From Acutalibacteraceae bacterium (GTDB lineage: Bacteria; Bacillota; Clostridia; Oscillospirales; Acutalibacteraceae), in NCBI GenBank assembly GCA_045577395.1, contig JAZNIH010000077.1, forward strand, positions 13,651 through 77,650: a stretch of 64,000 bases of DNA, read 5' to 3'. This document shows positions 18,716 through 28,397 of this stretch, piece after piece. The notes beneath the pieces are model-generated. The model saw nothing but the letters and a program-made list of their open reading frames with translations, was not told the origin of the DNA and searched no databases. The position numbers and the translations under genes were made by a program. Numbering within the stretch: position 1 is the stretch's first letter; each line of letters opens with the position of its first letter.

Positions 18716-19173
18716 CCTATTCCGAGCCCCTTATAAATCAGGTCAGCAGCCTTTTAACCTCGGTGGGCTTCGGCTTTGTTATGTGCCTTTTGTATATGTC
18801 TGTACGTCTCTTGTTCCGTCTTATCAGCAGTAAACGGTGGTCGGTTATGGCGGGGGATGCGGTTTTTGTCCTTCTTGCATCCTTTGTATCCTTTTTCTTT
18901 ATGATTATCAGCAATAACGGTCAGGTGAGGCTTAATCTCATTCTCGGTCAGGCCTTCGGCGGTGCAGTATTGTATCTCACTCTCGGAAGATATGTGATGA
19001 AACATCTTTTTAAGCTCTGTGACCTGCTGCACCGTATTATTCTGAGTCTTCTTTATCCTGTCAGAGTGTATATCAGAGCTATTTTTAATATGCTTAAAAG
19101 TATTTTTACTCTTCCGGTCAGACTATTGTCAAAAAAGAATAAAAAAGTGAAGGTGACAGAAGAAAAAATTTAA
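18712..19173 (+). CDS. yabQ: Spore cortex biosynthesis membrane protein YabQ
   Basis: Multi-TM small protein immediately downstream of and overlapping yabP. Called from conserved synteny. Confidence 0.75.
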   Translation: MTYSEPLINQVSSLLTSVGFGFVMCLLYMSVRLLFRLISSKRWSVMAGDAVFVLLASFVSFFFMIISNNGQVRLNLILGQAFGGAVLYLTLGRYVMKHLFKLCDLLHRIILSLLYPVRVYIRAIFNMLKSIFTLPVRLLSKKNKKVKVTEEKI

Positions 19174-19251
19174 AAATACACTTGCAATCTGAAAATAAAT
19201 AAGTATAATTAATTGTATATATTGGTAAGTTATAGTTTGGAGGGTGTAACG

Positions 19252-19578
19252 GTGGCAGTCAGAGATTTTGCAAGTGCTAAAAAAAGCAGCAAAAAGTTCA
19301 GACCTACTAAAACTCGTTTTTTAATAATTTTTGTTATTGTTGCACTTTTCGGTGTAATGGTATTCGGTTGTATTCTGCCTAACTATGCAAAGGCATCGGA
19401 ATATGACGATCAGACAGCCCAGCTTCTTAATAACAAGGCTGCTCTTGATGATGAAAGCACACAGATTGATGATTCACTCAACAATCTGGATGACTTATAT
19501 GAAAAGATTGCAAGAGAAGAATACGGTTATTGTAAACCCGGTGAAAAGGTGTTTTACAGTTCTTCTTTCGGTGAATAA
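19252..19578 (+). CDS. Septum formation initiator (DivIC/FtsB family)
   Basis: Single TM, then a coiled-coil region, then C-terminal AREEYGYCKPGEKVF, typical of FtsB/DivIC. GTG 19252 lies after GGAGGG. The upstream ATG 19213 lacks an RBS. Confidence 0.75.
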   Translation: MAVRDFASAKKSSKKFRPTKTRFLIIFVIVALFGVMVFGCILPNYAKASEYDDQTAQLLNNKAALDDESTQIDDSLNNLDDLYEKIAREEYGYCKPGEKVFYSSSFGE

Positions 19579-19602
19579 ATTTTAGGAGGAAAACATCTTT
19601 TT

Positions 19603-20046
19603 ATGCTCGAAATCGGCGCTATTGTAGAAGGTAAAATCACAGGACTTACGGCATTCGGTGCTTTTGTCAGTCTTCCCGACGGAAAAAGCGGTATGGTACA
19701 TATTTCAGAGGTTTCAAACACCTTTGTAAAGGATATCAAGGAGTTTCTCAAGGAAGGCCAGGAGGTAAAGGTCAAGGTTGTTTCTATAAGTGAAGAAGGC
19801 AAAATCAGTCTTTCTATCAAGAAGGCAGAGGAGCCCTCACGTGAGGAAAGACCCAGACAGAGCAGACCCAACCGTAATTCTGACAGACCCAGAGCAAATG
19901 TATGGCAGGGTCAGCAGAAGCAGCCTAAGGAGGCTATGTCCTTTGAGGATATGATGGCACAGTTCAAGGCCGTCAGCGACGAAAAGATGTCAGACCTCAA
20001 GCGATCAACTGAGTCAAGACAGGGCTCAGGCAGGCGCGGCAGATAA
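19603..20046 (+). CDS. S1 RNA-binding domain protein (YabR-like)
   Basis: S1 fold signature GKITGLTAFGAFVSLPDGKSGMVHISE, followed by a basic low-complexity tail. Confidence 0.85.
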   Translation: MLEIGAIVEGKITGLTAFGAFVSLPDGKSGMVHISEVSNTFVKDIKEFLKEGQEVKVKVVSISEEGKISLSIKKAEEPSREERPRQSRPNRNSDRPRANVWQGQQKQPKEAMSFEDMMAQFKAVSDEKMSDLKRSTESRQGSGRRGR

Positions 20047-20057
20047 TACAATGTTCA

Positions 20058-20085
20058 ATGCACTCCGTAAGGGGTGCATTTTTTA
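20058..20085 (+). terminator. Rho-independent terminator
   Basis: Stem ATGCACTCC / GGGGTGCAT with a GTAA loop, followed by TTTTTT. Confidence 0.8.
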
Positions 20086-20095
20086 TGTGAATAAA

Positions 20096-20187
20096 GGAAC
20101 AAAGAAACAAAGGAACAAGGATTTCTATAAAGTTCTGATTTAATTTTTTCAAACTCTTTTTTATACTGTTCTTTGTTCCTTTGTTCC
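20096..20187. repeat. Inverted GGAACAAAG-type repeats upstream of spoIVA
   Basis: GGAACAAAG...GGAACAAGG at 20096-20120, and the reverse complements CTTTGTTCC twice within 20168-20187. Confidence 0.6.
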
Positions 20188-20361
20188 AAAGGTGGTAAAA
20201 ACCCGCATAAACACTTAGAAAATCACTGCAACAATAGCTGAAACAATAGTGCAACAATATGTCAGAATGTTGCATTTTCAGTTTCTTTTTCCGTTTTCGC
20301 ATATCCGTACACGTCATCGCATATAAATTAACCGTATAACTTGGGAAAAGAGGAAAGCAAG

Positions 20362-21834
20362 ATGACGAATATTTATAATCAGATAGCAACACGTACGGGC
20401 GGTGATATTTATATCGGAGTAGTAGGTCCCGTACGTACGGGCAAATCTACCCTTATCAAAAGGCTTATGGACGTTGCGGTGCTTCCCAATATAAAGGATG
20501 AGGCGGTCAGAGCGAGAGCCAACGACGAGCTTCCTCAGTCCTCTGCAGGCAGAACAATTATGACCACCGAGCCGAAATTCATACCCGAAAATGCGGTCGA
20601 GCTTGAAATTGATAACGCCGCAAGGGTCAATCTCAGACTCATTGACTGTGTGGGCTACATCGTGCCCGGTGCAATCGGGTACATAGAGGACAGTCAGCCC
20701 CGTATGGTGCGAACTCCCTGGTACGAAAAGGAAATACCCTTCAATATGGCGGCGGAAATAGGCACGAGAAAGGTTATCAGCGAGCATTCGACAATCGGTC
20801 TTGTTGTCACAACGGACGGCTCTATAGGGGAAATCGGAAGAGATGACTATATCGACGCTGAGCAGAGAGTGATTAACGAGCTCAGAGAAACGGGTAAGCC
20901 CTTCGTGGTGCTTCTTAACAGTAAGCACCCCACGTCGCCCGAATGCAGAGCTCTTGCAGATAAGCTCTGTGAAAAATACGGTGTTACCGTAAAGCCCGTA
21001 GACTGCCGAGGTCTTGACGAGCAGGAGATAAATTCAATCTTCACCGAGGTGCTTTATGAGTTCCCCATAAGTGAGATTCAGCTCGATTTCCCTCATTGGA
21101 TTACAAGACTTGACCGTGACCATAAAATCAGAAAAGAGCTTTTTGATTCCGTCAGAGCCGCCGCCGCAAAGCTCAGTAAGGTCAGAGATACTCAGACCTT
21201 TGCCTGCGATATTTCCGATACAAGCTGGGCATCTGACTGTGCGATAAGCAATATCGACCTTTCCTGCGGTTGTGTCAGGGTTAAAATTTCAACCCCCGCT
21301 GAGCTTTTTTATAAGGTGCTGACAGAAAAAACGGGAACGGAAATCGCCGACGAGCAGCAGCTTATGAATACCCTTACGGAGCTTGTGGGTATAAAGAAGG
21401 AATACGGTCGCTTCCGTACCGCACTTGACGAGGTGGAAAAGACGGGCTACGGAATAGTAATGCCCACCATGGAGGAATTAAGCCTTGAGGACCCTGAGAT
21501 TATGAAGCAGGGCGGACGCTACGGCGTAAGGCTCAAGGCATCTGCGCCCTCAATTCATATGCTTAAGGCTGATATCACCACCGAGGTTGCTCCTATTGTC
21601 GGCACGGAAAGTCAGTCTGAGGAGCTTATTATGTACCTGCTCAAGGAATTTGAGGAGGATCCGAAAAAGATATGGGAGTCAAATATATTCGGCAAAACCC
21701 TTAACAGTCTTGTTAACGAGGGTCTTCACAACAAGCTTTATAAAATGCCGTCAGAGGCGAGAATGAAGCTTCAGGAAACCCTTGAAAGAGTGATAAACGA
21801 GGGCTGCAGCGGCCTTATCTGCATTATAATATAA
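20362..21834 (+). CDS. spoIVA: Stage IV sporulation protein A (spore coat morphogenetic ATPase)
   Basis: Walker A GPVRTGKST near the N-terminus. About 490 aa with a typical ...GLICIII C-terminus. ATG 20362 lies after AAGAGGAAAG. Confidence 0.93.
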   Translation: MTNIYNQIATRTGGDIYIGVVGPVRTGKSTLIKRLMDVAVLPNIKDEAVRARANDELPQSSAGRTIMTTEPKFIPENAVELEIDNAARVNLRLIDCVGYIVPGAIGYIEDSQPRMVRTPWYEKEIPFNMAAEIGTRKVISEHSTIGLVVTTDGSIGEIGRDDYIDAEQRVINELRETGKPFVVLLNSKHPTSPECRALADKLCEKYGVTVKPVDCRGLDEQEINSIFTEVLYEFPISEIQLDFPHWITRLDRDHKIRKELFDSVRAAAAKLSKVRDTQTFACDISDTSWASDCAISNIDLSCGCVRVKISTPAELFYKVLTEKTGTEIADEQQLMNTLTELVGIKKEYGRFRTALDEVEKTGYGIVMPTMEELSLEDPEIMKQGGRYGVRLKASAPSIHMLKADITTEVAPIVGTESQSEELIMYLLKEFEEDPKKIWESNIFGKTLNSLVNEGLHNKLYKMPSEARMKLQETLERVINEGCSGLICIII

Positions 21835-21837
21835 CAA

Positions 21838-21875
21838 CACCCCCGGCGGGAGAATCAGACTCCGTCGGGGGTTAG
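21838..21875. terminator. Hairpin between the convergent spoIVA and tatD genes
   Basis: 10-bp stem CCCCCGGCGG / CCGTCGGGGG (one G-U pair). T-tracts are weak on both strands. Confidence 0.5.
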
Positions 21876-21877
21876 AT

Positions 21878-22642
21878 TTATATGTTAAAAAGTCTCTTTG
21901 CGTTTTCGTTGCAGATATCAATGAGCTCCTGAGTATCAATAGCCTTGATTTCTGCAATCTTTTCAGCCGTAAAGGCTATATGAGCCGAATCGCATCTCGT
22001 ACCTCTGAAGGGCACGGGAGTCATATAGGGAGCATCGGTTTCGAGTAAGATTCTGTCAAGGGGAAGCATCGCTGCAACCTCGACGGGCTTTACCGCATTC
22101 TTAAAGGTAACTGCACCGCCCATACCGATGTACATACCGAGCTTAAGTATTTCCTTCGCCATTTCAGCCGAGCCTGAGAAGCAATGAACAACACCCTTGG
22201 GTCCGTACTTTTTAAGAAGCTTCATTGTGTCCTCGTGAGCCTCTCTGTCGTGTACGATAATCGGAAGGTCAAGCTCATTGGCAAGCCTTATCTGTCTTTC
22301 AAAAACCTCGATTTGTCTTTCACGGGGTGAAAAATCATAGTGATAATCAAGTCCGATTTCACCTACGGCAACAACTTTTTCGTTTTTGTAAAGCTCTGCG
22401 ATTTTCTGAAGGTCTTCCTCTGTTGCTTCCTCTGCCTCGTGAGCGTGAACACCCACGGCGGCGTAAATAAAGCCGTATTTTTCTGCGAGGGCAAGGGTAG
22501 TAAGTGAGCTTTTCAGGTCACAGCCGCAGTTTACTATGTGACTTACGCCTTTTTCAGAAAGAGAGGACAGAAGCTCGTCTCTGTCCTCATCAAATCGACT
22601 GTCATCATAGTGGGCATGAGTGTCGAATATATTTCTGTACAT
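21878..22642 (-). CDS. tatD: TatD-family metal-dependent hydrolase/DNase
   Basis: FDTHAH N-terminal motif. About 254 aa. Immediately downstream of metG, as in Bacillus metS-yabD. Confidence 0.9.
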   Translation of the reverse strand: MYRNIFDTHAHYDDSRFDEDRDELLSSLSEKGVSHIVNCGCDLKSSLTTLALAEKYGFIYAAVGVHAHEAEEATEEDLQKIAELYKNEKVVAVGEIGLDYHYDFSPRERQIEVFERQIRLANELDLPIIVHDREAHEDTMKLLKKYGPKGVVHCFSGSAEMAKEILKLGMYIGMGGAVTFKNAVKPVEVAAMLPLDRILLETDAPYMTPVPFRGTRCDSAHIAFTAEKIAEIKAIDTQELIDICNENAKRLFNI

Positions 22643-24600
22643 TATCTCACCTTTGAGCCTGCGGGAATACCGTCAACGAAGATTACCTTAACGTCGTCCT
22701 CACTGCAGTCAGCAGCAAGAATCATACCCTGACTTTCAACACCGCAAAGAACTGCAGGCTTGAGATTGGAAACAACGATAATGCTCTTACCGATAAGATC
22801 CTCGGGCTTATACCACTTTGCGATGCCCGATGCAACTGTTCTGGGAGTGCCTGTACCGTCGTCAAGGGTGAGCTTAAGAAGCTTCTTTGCACGCTTTACG
22901 GGCTCACAGTCAGTAATCTTAGCAACACGGAGATCAACCTTTGCGAAGTCGTCAATAGCAATCTTTGCAACGCCTTCGATTTCTTCCTTTCTCTGCTGCT
23001 GAAGAGTTTCTTCATAGCTTAATTCCTTAGCTGCAGCCTGCTGAGCCTCAATATCAGCCATAAACTTTTCTGCATCAATACGTGCAAAGAGGGGAGTAGC
23101 GGTGCCGACCTTGTTTCCTGCCTTGAGTGCACCAAATTCGGAAAGACTGTCATAAGTAGCGATATCACAGTTAATCTGTTCAAGAATAGCCTTTGAGGTG
23201 TCGGGCATAAATGCAGATGTGAGAACTGCGATATATCTGATGCCTTCAAGAAGGTTGTAAAGCACGGTGCCGAGTCTTGCTTTATTAGCCTCATCCTTAG
23301 CGAGAGTCCAAGGAGCAGTCTCGTCGATGTACTTGTTGCAGCGCTTTGCAAGGTTGATAACGGCTTCAACTGCATCTGCAATATGATATGAATTCATCTT
23401 GCTGTCAACTGTCTTTACTGTTTCGAGTGCGAAGGCTTTAAGCTCCTCGTCGAGTGTATCGGGGCAGTCGGGGCTCATAACGGTACCCTCGAAGTACTTG
23501 TTTGTCATGGCAACCGTTCTGTTTACGAGATTACCGAGAGTATTTGCAAGATCTGAGTTGAATCTCTCAATGATAGTTGAGTATGAGATTGAGCCGTCAT
23601 TAGCGTGGGGCATCTCTGAAAGAAGGTAGTATCTTGTAGCGTCAACACCGATAAGCTTTGAAAGCTCGTCAGCATAGATAACGTTACCCTTTGACTTACT
23701 CATCTTATCCTCACCGAAAAGAAGCCAAGGATGACCGTAAACCTGCTTGGGAAGCTCCTCGCCGAGAGCCATAAGCATTATGGGCCAATAGATTGTGTGG
23801 AAGCGCACTATATCCTTGCCGATGATGTGAACGTCTGCAGGCCAGAACTTCTTGTACTGCTCACTGCTGCCGTCGGGGTCGTAGCCCATAGCGGTGATAT
23901 AGTTTGAAAGAGCGTCAATCCATACGTAGATAACGTGTCTGTCATCGAAGGAAACGGGAATACCCCACTTGAAGGAGGTTCTTGAAACACAGAGATCCTG
24001 AAGACCGGGCTTGATGAAGTTGTTGAGCATTTCCTTCTTACGGCTTTCGGGATAAATGAAGCTGTCGTTCTTTTCAATGTATTCCTCAAGCTGCTTCTGA
24101 TACTTTGAAAGACGGAGGAAATAAGCCTCCTCCTTAGCCTTTGTAACCTCTCTGCCGCAGTCGGGGCACTTGCCGTCAACGAGCTGAGACTCTGTCCAGA
24201 AGGATTCGCAGGGAGTACAGTAAAGACCCTCGTATTCACTCTTATAGATATCGTCCTGCTCGTAGAGCTTCTTGAAAATCTTCTGAACTACCTTTTCGTG
24301 GTAATCGTCGGTTGTTCTGATGAACTTATCGTAGGTGGTATTGAGGGTGTCGCAGATACCTCTGATTTCGCCTGCAACGTTGTCTACGTACTCCTTGGGG
24401 GAGATACCTGCAGCCTTTGCGTATTCCTCAATTTTCTGACCGTGCTCGTCGGTACCTGTGAGGAAAAATACGTCATAGCCCTGAAGTCTCTTATATCTTG
24501 CAATAGCATCGGTAAGAACGATTTCGTAGCTGTTGCCGATGTGGGGCTTTCTTGATGTATACGCAATAGCGGTAGTTATATAAAACTTGCCCTTATTCAT
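22642..24600 (-). CDS. metG: Methionine--tRNA ligase with a C-terminal tRNA-binding (EMAP/Trbp111-like) domain
   Basis: HIGN (KPHIGNSY) and KMSKS (DKMSKSKG) class I signatures. Zn knuckles CTPC...CPDC. ATG 24600 is preferred because it lies 9 nt after AGGAAG, while ATG 24609 abuts the RBS. Confidence 0.95.
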   Translation of the reverse strand: MNKGKFYITTAIAYTSRKPHIGNSYEIVLTDAIARYKRLQGYDVFFLTGTDEHGQKIEEYAKAAGISPKEYVDNVAGEIRGICDTLNTTYDKFIRTTDDYHEKVVQKIFKKLYEQDDIYKSEYEGLYCTPCESFWTESQLVDGKCPDCGREVTKAKEEAYFLRLSKYQKQLEEYIEKNDSFIYPESRKKEMLNNFIKPGLQDLCVSRTSFKWGIPVSFDDRHVIYVWIDALSNYITAMGYDPDGSSEQYKKFWPADVHIIGKDIVRFHTIYWPIMLMALGEELPKQVYGHPWLLFGEDKMSKSKGNVIYADELSKLIGVDATRYYLLSEMPHANDGSISYSTIIERFNSDLANTLGNLVNRTVAMTNKYFEGTVMSPDCPDTLDEELKAFALETVKTVDSKMNSYHIADAVEAVINLAKRCNKYIDETAPWTLAKDEANKARLGTVLYNLLEGIRYIAVLTSAFMPDTSKAILEQINCDIATYDSLSEFGALKAGNKVGTATPLFARIDAEKFMADIEAQQAAAKELSYEETLQQQRKEEIEGVAKIAIDDFAKVDLRVAKITDCEPVKRAKKLLKLTLDDGTGTPRTVASGIAKWYKPEDLIGKSIIVVSNLKPAVLCGVESQGMILAADCSEDDVKVIFVDGIPAGSKVR

Positions 24601-24638
24601 ATATTTCATCTTCCTTTCAAAAAGATTTTATTCAAATT

Positions 24639-24668
24639 ATTTTACCAATTTTTAATAGTATTTGTCAA
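24639..24668 (-). promoter_or_regulatory. Putative sigma-A promoter of metG
   Basis: On the minus strand: TTGACA (24668-24663), 18-nt spacer, TAAAAT (24644-24639). Confidence 0.5.
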
Positions 24669-24690
24669 TAGAAATTAAATATCAGATGAT

Positions 24691-24726
24691 ATAAAAATCC
24701 CTCCGACTGTAAGTTGTCGGAGGGAA
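24691..24726 (-). terminator. Rho-independent terminator of the M28 peptidase gene
   Basis: Minus strand: stem TCCCTCCGAC / GTCGGAGGGA followed by TTTTTAT. Confidence 0.75.
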
Positions 24727-24732
24727 AAGCTT

Positions 24733-25971
24733 TTAATATTCGTCTACGAGCCCCTTTTCGTCATAGATGAAAAGAGCATTAAGTGCAATTTCAAGGCACT
24801 TCTCAACAGTCTTGGGATTCATATTATCAGCCGTATCTGTTCTTGTGTGGTAATATCTCGGCGGGCCGGGATTCATAGCTGCAAGAGTAACTGCGGGGAT
24901 GCCTGCCTGCTGAACTGCAGCGGCATCGGAAGCTCCGATGAAAACTGATGAGTAGGGGAGATCAAGACCTGCGTCAAGACCTGCTCTCTTGAGAAGCTTA
25001 CATACTCTGCCGTCCATCTTAACTGTACCTGTCATATCGCGCTGATAAATTGCGATATCTTCATAATCTCTGAAGGTTTCAAGACCAACGAAGATTGTGG
25101 GAACATCCTTGAATTCTTCCTTATGAGCCTTGCAGAATGCCTTTGAGCCTCTGAGGCCTGATTCTTCAGCACCTGCTGCAAGGGCGATAACCTCTGTATG
25201 CTCGAAGTCGATATCATTATCCTTGAGATACTTAAGAATAGCAACAGAGCTGATTGCACCGGTAAGGTTATCGTTGGCGCCTTCAACGCAAAGTCTGAAA
25301 TTAACGAAGCAGATTGCAATGATACCGCCGGGGATGCCTATGAACTGACCGTAACGGAAGATATTGTAGAAGGTTGTGCCTTCCTCGAGAACACCGAAGG
25401 TGTTGAGTGCTGATGAAATAAGCACGAAGAAGAGAGAAACCACAGCGAAAACACCGCAGATATAAAGAAGAATGTTACCGCCGAGATGAGTGTAGGTCCA
25501 TTCGTATGATGAGTCAACGTGACCGCTGAAAATGATTCTCTGTTTAAGCTCACCTGTTGCCTTCTTGACACCGTATGTATTGTGAGACGTCTTTTTAGGA
25601 ACGATTACGTCGATAAATTCTTTATAAAGAAGGAATTCACCGATCATAAAGATGATGGCGAAAATGCCGAGTGCAAGACCGATGTAGGGAAGACCGAAGA
25701 AGTTGAGAAGACAGCTCAAAATGACAAGGACACCGTCAACGGTAATCCAGCTCATAAATGCCTTGGGTGCGAGCTTGAAGGATTCAATTTTAACCTCATC
25801 CGCACAGGTTTTGAGTTCTTCGGCTACATGCTCCTGAACTTGCTTTTCAGGTTCATAGCCTGCAGGTCTGGGGCCGATTGTTTTACAGATTTTTTTGATT
25901 TCTCTGACAGTGTAGTTTGTATACATTCTGACAGAGGCAGCATAATTCTTTACGCTTTCTTCAGCTTTCAA
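24733..25971 (-). CDS. Membrane-associated M28-family metallopeptidase
   Basis: M28 motifs HVDSSYEW and GAEESGLRGSKAF, with several TM segments inserted. TTG start 6 nt after GGAGAG. Confidence 0.8.
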   Translation of the reverse strand: MKAEESVKNYAASVRMYTNYTVREIKKICKTIGPRPAGYEPEKQVQEHVAEELKTCADEVKIESFKLAPKAFMSWITVDGVLVILSCLLNFFGLPYIGLALGIFAIIFMIGEFLLYKEFIDVIVPKKTSHNTYGVKKATGELKQRIIFSGHVDSSYEWTYTHLGGNILLYICGVFAVVSLFFVLISSALNTFGVLEEGTTFYNIFRYGQFIGIPGGIIAICFVNFRLCVEGANDNLTGAISSVAILKYLKDNDIDFEHTEVIALAAGAEESGLRGSKAFCKAHKEEFKDVPTIFVGLETFRDYEDIAIYQRDMTGTVKMDGRVCKLLKRAGLDAGLDLPYSSVFIGASDAAAVQQAGIPAVTLAAMNPGPPRYYHTRTDTADNMNPKTVEKCLEIALNALFIYDEKGLVDEY

Positions 25972-26285
25972 AATTATCTCTCCTTTAGTTATGATAAACC
26001 ATCCGTAAACTAATACGGAAATATTGTCAACATTCTATCATTAAATGTCGTGATTGTCGAGGGATTTTATCAAATATAAATAATTTATTCACAAATTATT
26101 TTTATTTTTTTGATGTTTTTGTAAACAAAGTCGACAAGTGTAGTGAAAAGGTGATGTAAAAGTTAAATTCTTTGCCTGTTTATATTAATTTTTTCCGACT
26201 CCTGTATGATATGGACTTTCTTTCGTTGACAAAAATATACACTTGTGGTAACATTAAATTAATATTTTTACACGGAGGGAAAAAT

Positions 26286-27284
26286 ATGTTTTGCGGAAAA
26301 TGCGGTAGTGAGCTTGAAGATGGCAGTCTCTTCTGCGGTAACTGCGGAGAAAGGGCAGACGATGCCCATGAGCCTGAAAGCTTCGGAAATGATATAGAGG
26401 ATTTTCAGACTGACTACAGCGGTCAGTATCAGGAGGAAAGAGAGATAGTATCCGACTCATCCTTTTACGGTATGAATAACCCTGCTCCCGTGCAGGATTA
26501 TAACAGCTATAATGTAAGTCAGCCTGCTTCGGCACCTGTAAAAAAGAATAAAAGCGGTGTGATTATCGGGGTAGTGATAGCGGTAATTGCCATAGCTGCT
26601 GCAATCGGTGCGGCTGTGTTCTTCCTTTCCGGCTCTGACGGAGACACGGACGGAGGATATCCTGACAGCTCCGACGTTGACGGCACCGAGGACCGGACTG
26701 AGCCTGCAGATACCGTTGAGATTACAGGCAACACAAGAATTCTTCCCGCTTATGAGCCGGGCGGAATATTTGCTCCCGAAAAGCTTTATAACGATGTTGA
26801 TTATTATGTCAGCTGCAGCATTGCCGCTCTTTATAAGGAAAGCGGAGGCTATGCAAGAGGACAGATAGCACAGCTCGACGCTAACGACGTTGTTACGGTC
26901 AAGGGCGCTATGCAGGACAGTAACTGGGTTTACGTTTACTGCAATGAGCTTGATATTTACGGCTGGATTGATCCTGCGCACATTTCATCCGAGCAGGTTA
27001 ATGAATATGCGGCCTTCAGAGATAACCGTGCCGTTGTTTATTATGAGGATTACGAATGCTATGATGCTGAAATTGACGTAGGCAGTGGTCATAATCTTAA
27101 CCTGAGAACTGCACCTACAAGCATCGATGCTTCCACAATCGTGCGTGAAATACCCGATGATGAGGTTGTAAGGGTTATCGGTGTCAGTGCAGCAGATTCT
27201 ACGTGGTTATATGTCTGCTACGATTCATTTGATTATGGTAAGCTTTACGGCTTTATGTCGGCGGAATATCTTGACAGAGACTGA
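26286..27284 (+). CDS. Zinc-ribbon / TM / SH3b-like repeat protein
   Basis: N-terminal CGKCGSEL...CGNCG zinc ribbon, one TM (VIIGVVIAVIAIAAAIGAAVFFL), and two C-terminal segments with WVYV..GWI / WLYV..GF patterns suggesting bacterial SH3 domains. ATG 26286 lies after GGAGGG. Confidence 0.65.
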   Translation: MFCGKCGSELEDGSLFCGNCGERADDAHEPESFGNDIEDFQTDYSGQYQEEREIVSDSSFYGMNNPAPVQDYNSYNVSQPASAPVKKNKSGVIIGVVIAVIAIAAAIGAAVFFLSGSDGDTDGGYPDSSDVDGTEDRTEPADTVEITGNTRILPAYEPGGIFAPEKLYNDVDYYVSCSIAALYKESGGYARGQIAQLDANDVVTVKGAMQDSNWVYVYCNELDIYGWIDPAHISSEQVNEYAAFRDNRAVVYYEDYECYDAEIDVGSGHNLNLRTAPTSIDASTIVREIPDDEVVRVIGVSAADSTWLYVCYDSFDYGKLYGFMSAEYLDRD

Positions 27285-27337
27285 TTATTTTATCAGCCTT
27301 CCGATAAATAAGGGAAGGTTTTAGCGGAGGAAAAATT

Positions 27338-28342
27338 ATGAAAACGATAGTTGTAGGAGCCGGTGCCATCGGCGGAACGGTAGCAGTTCTTCTTAAGGAG
27401 GCCGGCTACGATGTAAGAATCAAATGTCACAGCGAAGAAACAAAAAAGCTTATCGAGGAGGACGGCTTCTTCCTTAACGGTGCAAAGGGTGAGCACAGAG
27501 TTGACTTTAAGTGCTACACCGACGTAAGCGAATTCGGTGACGAAAAATTCGATGTAATCATTATCGCCACAAAGTACGCTCACATGGCTGAATGTGCCGA
27601 AGAGATGCTTCCTTATATTGCCGAAAACGGAATCGTTGTAGGTATGCAGAACGGTCTTCTTACAGACGAGCTCGGCGCTATTGTCGGCAGAGATAAGGCT
27701 GTAGGCTGTATGATAGGCTTCGGTGCCACAAGAAACGGCCCTAATGACGTGACAATGACAAGCCGCGGTGAATTTTACGTAGGTATGCTTGACGGCAGAA
27801 CAACAAGAACTCTCGAGGTCTTTGCAGAAATGCTCAAGAGTGTTCTTCCTACTGAAATCACACGTGAAATCAAACGCAGACAGTATTCAAAGCTCATCAT
27901 CAACTCATGTATCAATGCTGTTGCAGGTATCACGGGCAAAACCCTCGGTGAAATCCTCAAGGACGGCAGAGCGAGAGACCTTTTCCTCAACATTGCAAGA
28001 GAAGGTATGGCTGTTGCCAAGGCTATGAAAATCAACGTGCCCAAATACGGTGTAATGCTCGAGTATAAAATGCTCGCCCTCGGAAACAACAAGGCTTACA
28101 ATTCAATGTGTAAATTTGTCGTAATGATGGTAGGAAAGCTTTATGCCGATGTCAAGCCCTCAACTCTTCAGTCACTTGAAAAGGGCGAAAAGACCGAAAT
28201 AGATATCCTTAACGGCTATTTCGTTCAGATGGGTGACAATTACGGTGTTGAAACTCCCGTAAATACAAAGCTCGTTCAGATGATTCACGAAATTGAAGAG
28301 GGTAAGAGGGAGATGACCTCCGACAACCTTGCCGAATTCTGA
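27338..28342 (+). CDS. 2-dehydropantoate 2-reductase family oxidoreductase (ApbA/PanE-like)
   Basis: Rossmann motif VVGAGAIGG at the N-terminus, about 334 aa, and a downstream SMCKF...D motif of the KPR family. Confidence 0.78.
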   Translation: MKTIVVGAGAIGGTVAVLLKEAGYDVRIKCHSEETKKLIEEDGFFLNGAKGEHRVDFKCYTDVSEFGDEKFDVIIIATKYAHMAECAEEMLPYIAENGIVVGMQNGLLTDELGAIVGRDKAVGCMIGFGATRNGPNDVTMTSRGEFYVGMLDGRTTRTLEVFAEMLKSVLPTEITREIKRRQYSKLIINSCINAVAGITGKTLGEILKDGRARDLFLNIAREGMAVAKAMKINVPKYGVMLEYKMLALGNNKAYNSMCKFVVMMVGKLYADVKPSTLQSLEKGEKTEIDILNGYFVQMGDNYGVETPVNTKLVQMIHEIEEGKREMTSDNLAEF

Positions 28343-28351
28343 TAAAAGGAA

Positions 28352-28396
28352 ATAAAAAAAGACACCGCCGTCGGTTTTTCCGATGGCGGTTTATCG
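28352..28396. terminator. Bidirectional terminator between convergent genes
   Basis: Stem ACCGCCGTCGG / CCGATGGCGGT, flanked by A-run and T-run. Confidence 0.75.
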
Positions 28397-28397
28397 T

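Noticed and set aside
20314-20928. 204-aa minus-strand ORF
   Set aside because: It is antisense to the spoIVA 5' half. It has no RBS and no recognisable motif.
15148-21834. yabM-mazG-hup-yabO-yabP-yabQ-divIC-yabR-spoIVA block as a novel cluster
   Set aside because: The order matches the well-known Bacillus yabM-yabR region. The only difference is HU inserted after mazG. This is conserved housekeeping and sporulation synteny, not a new system.
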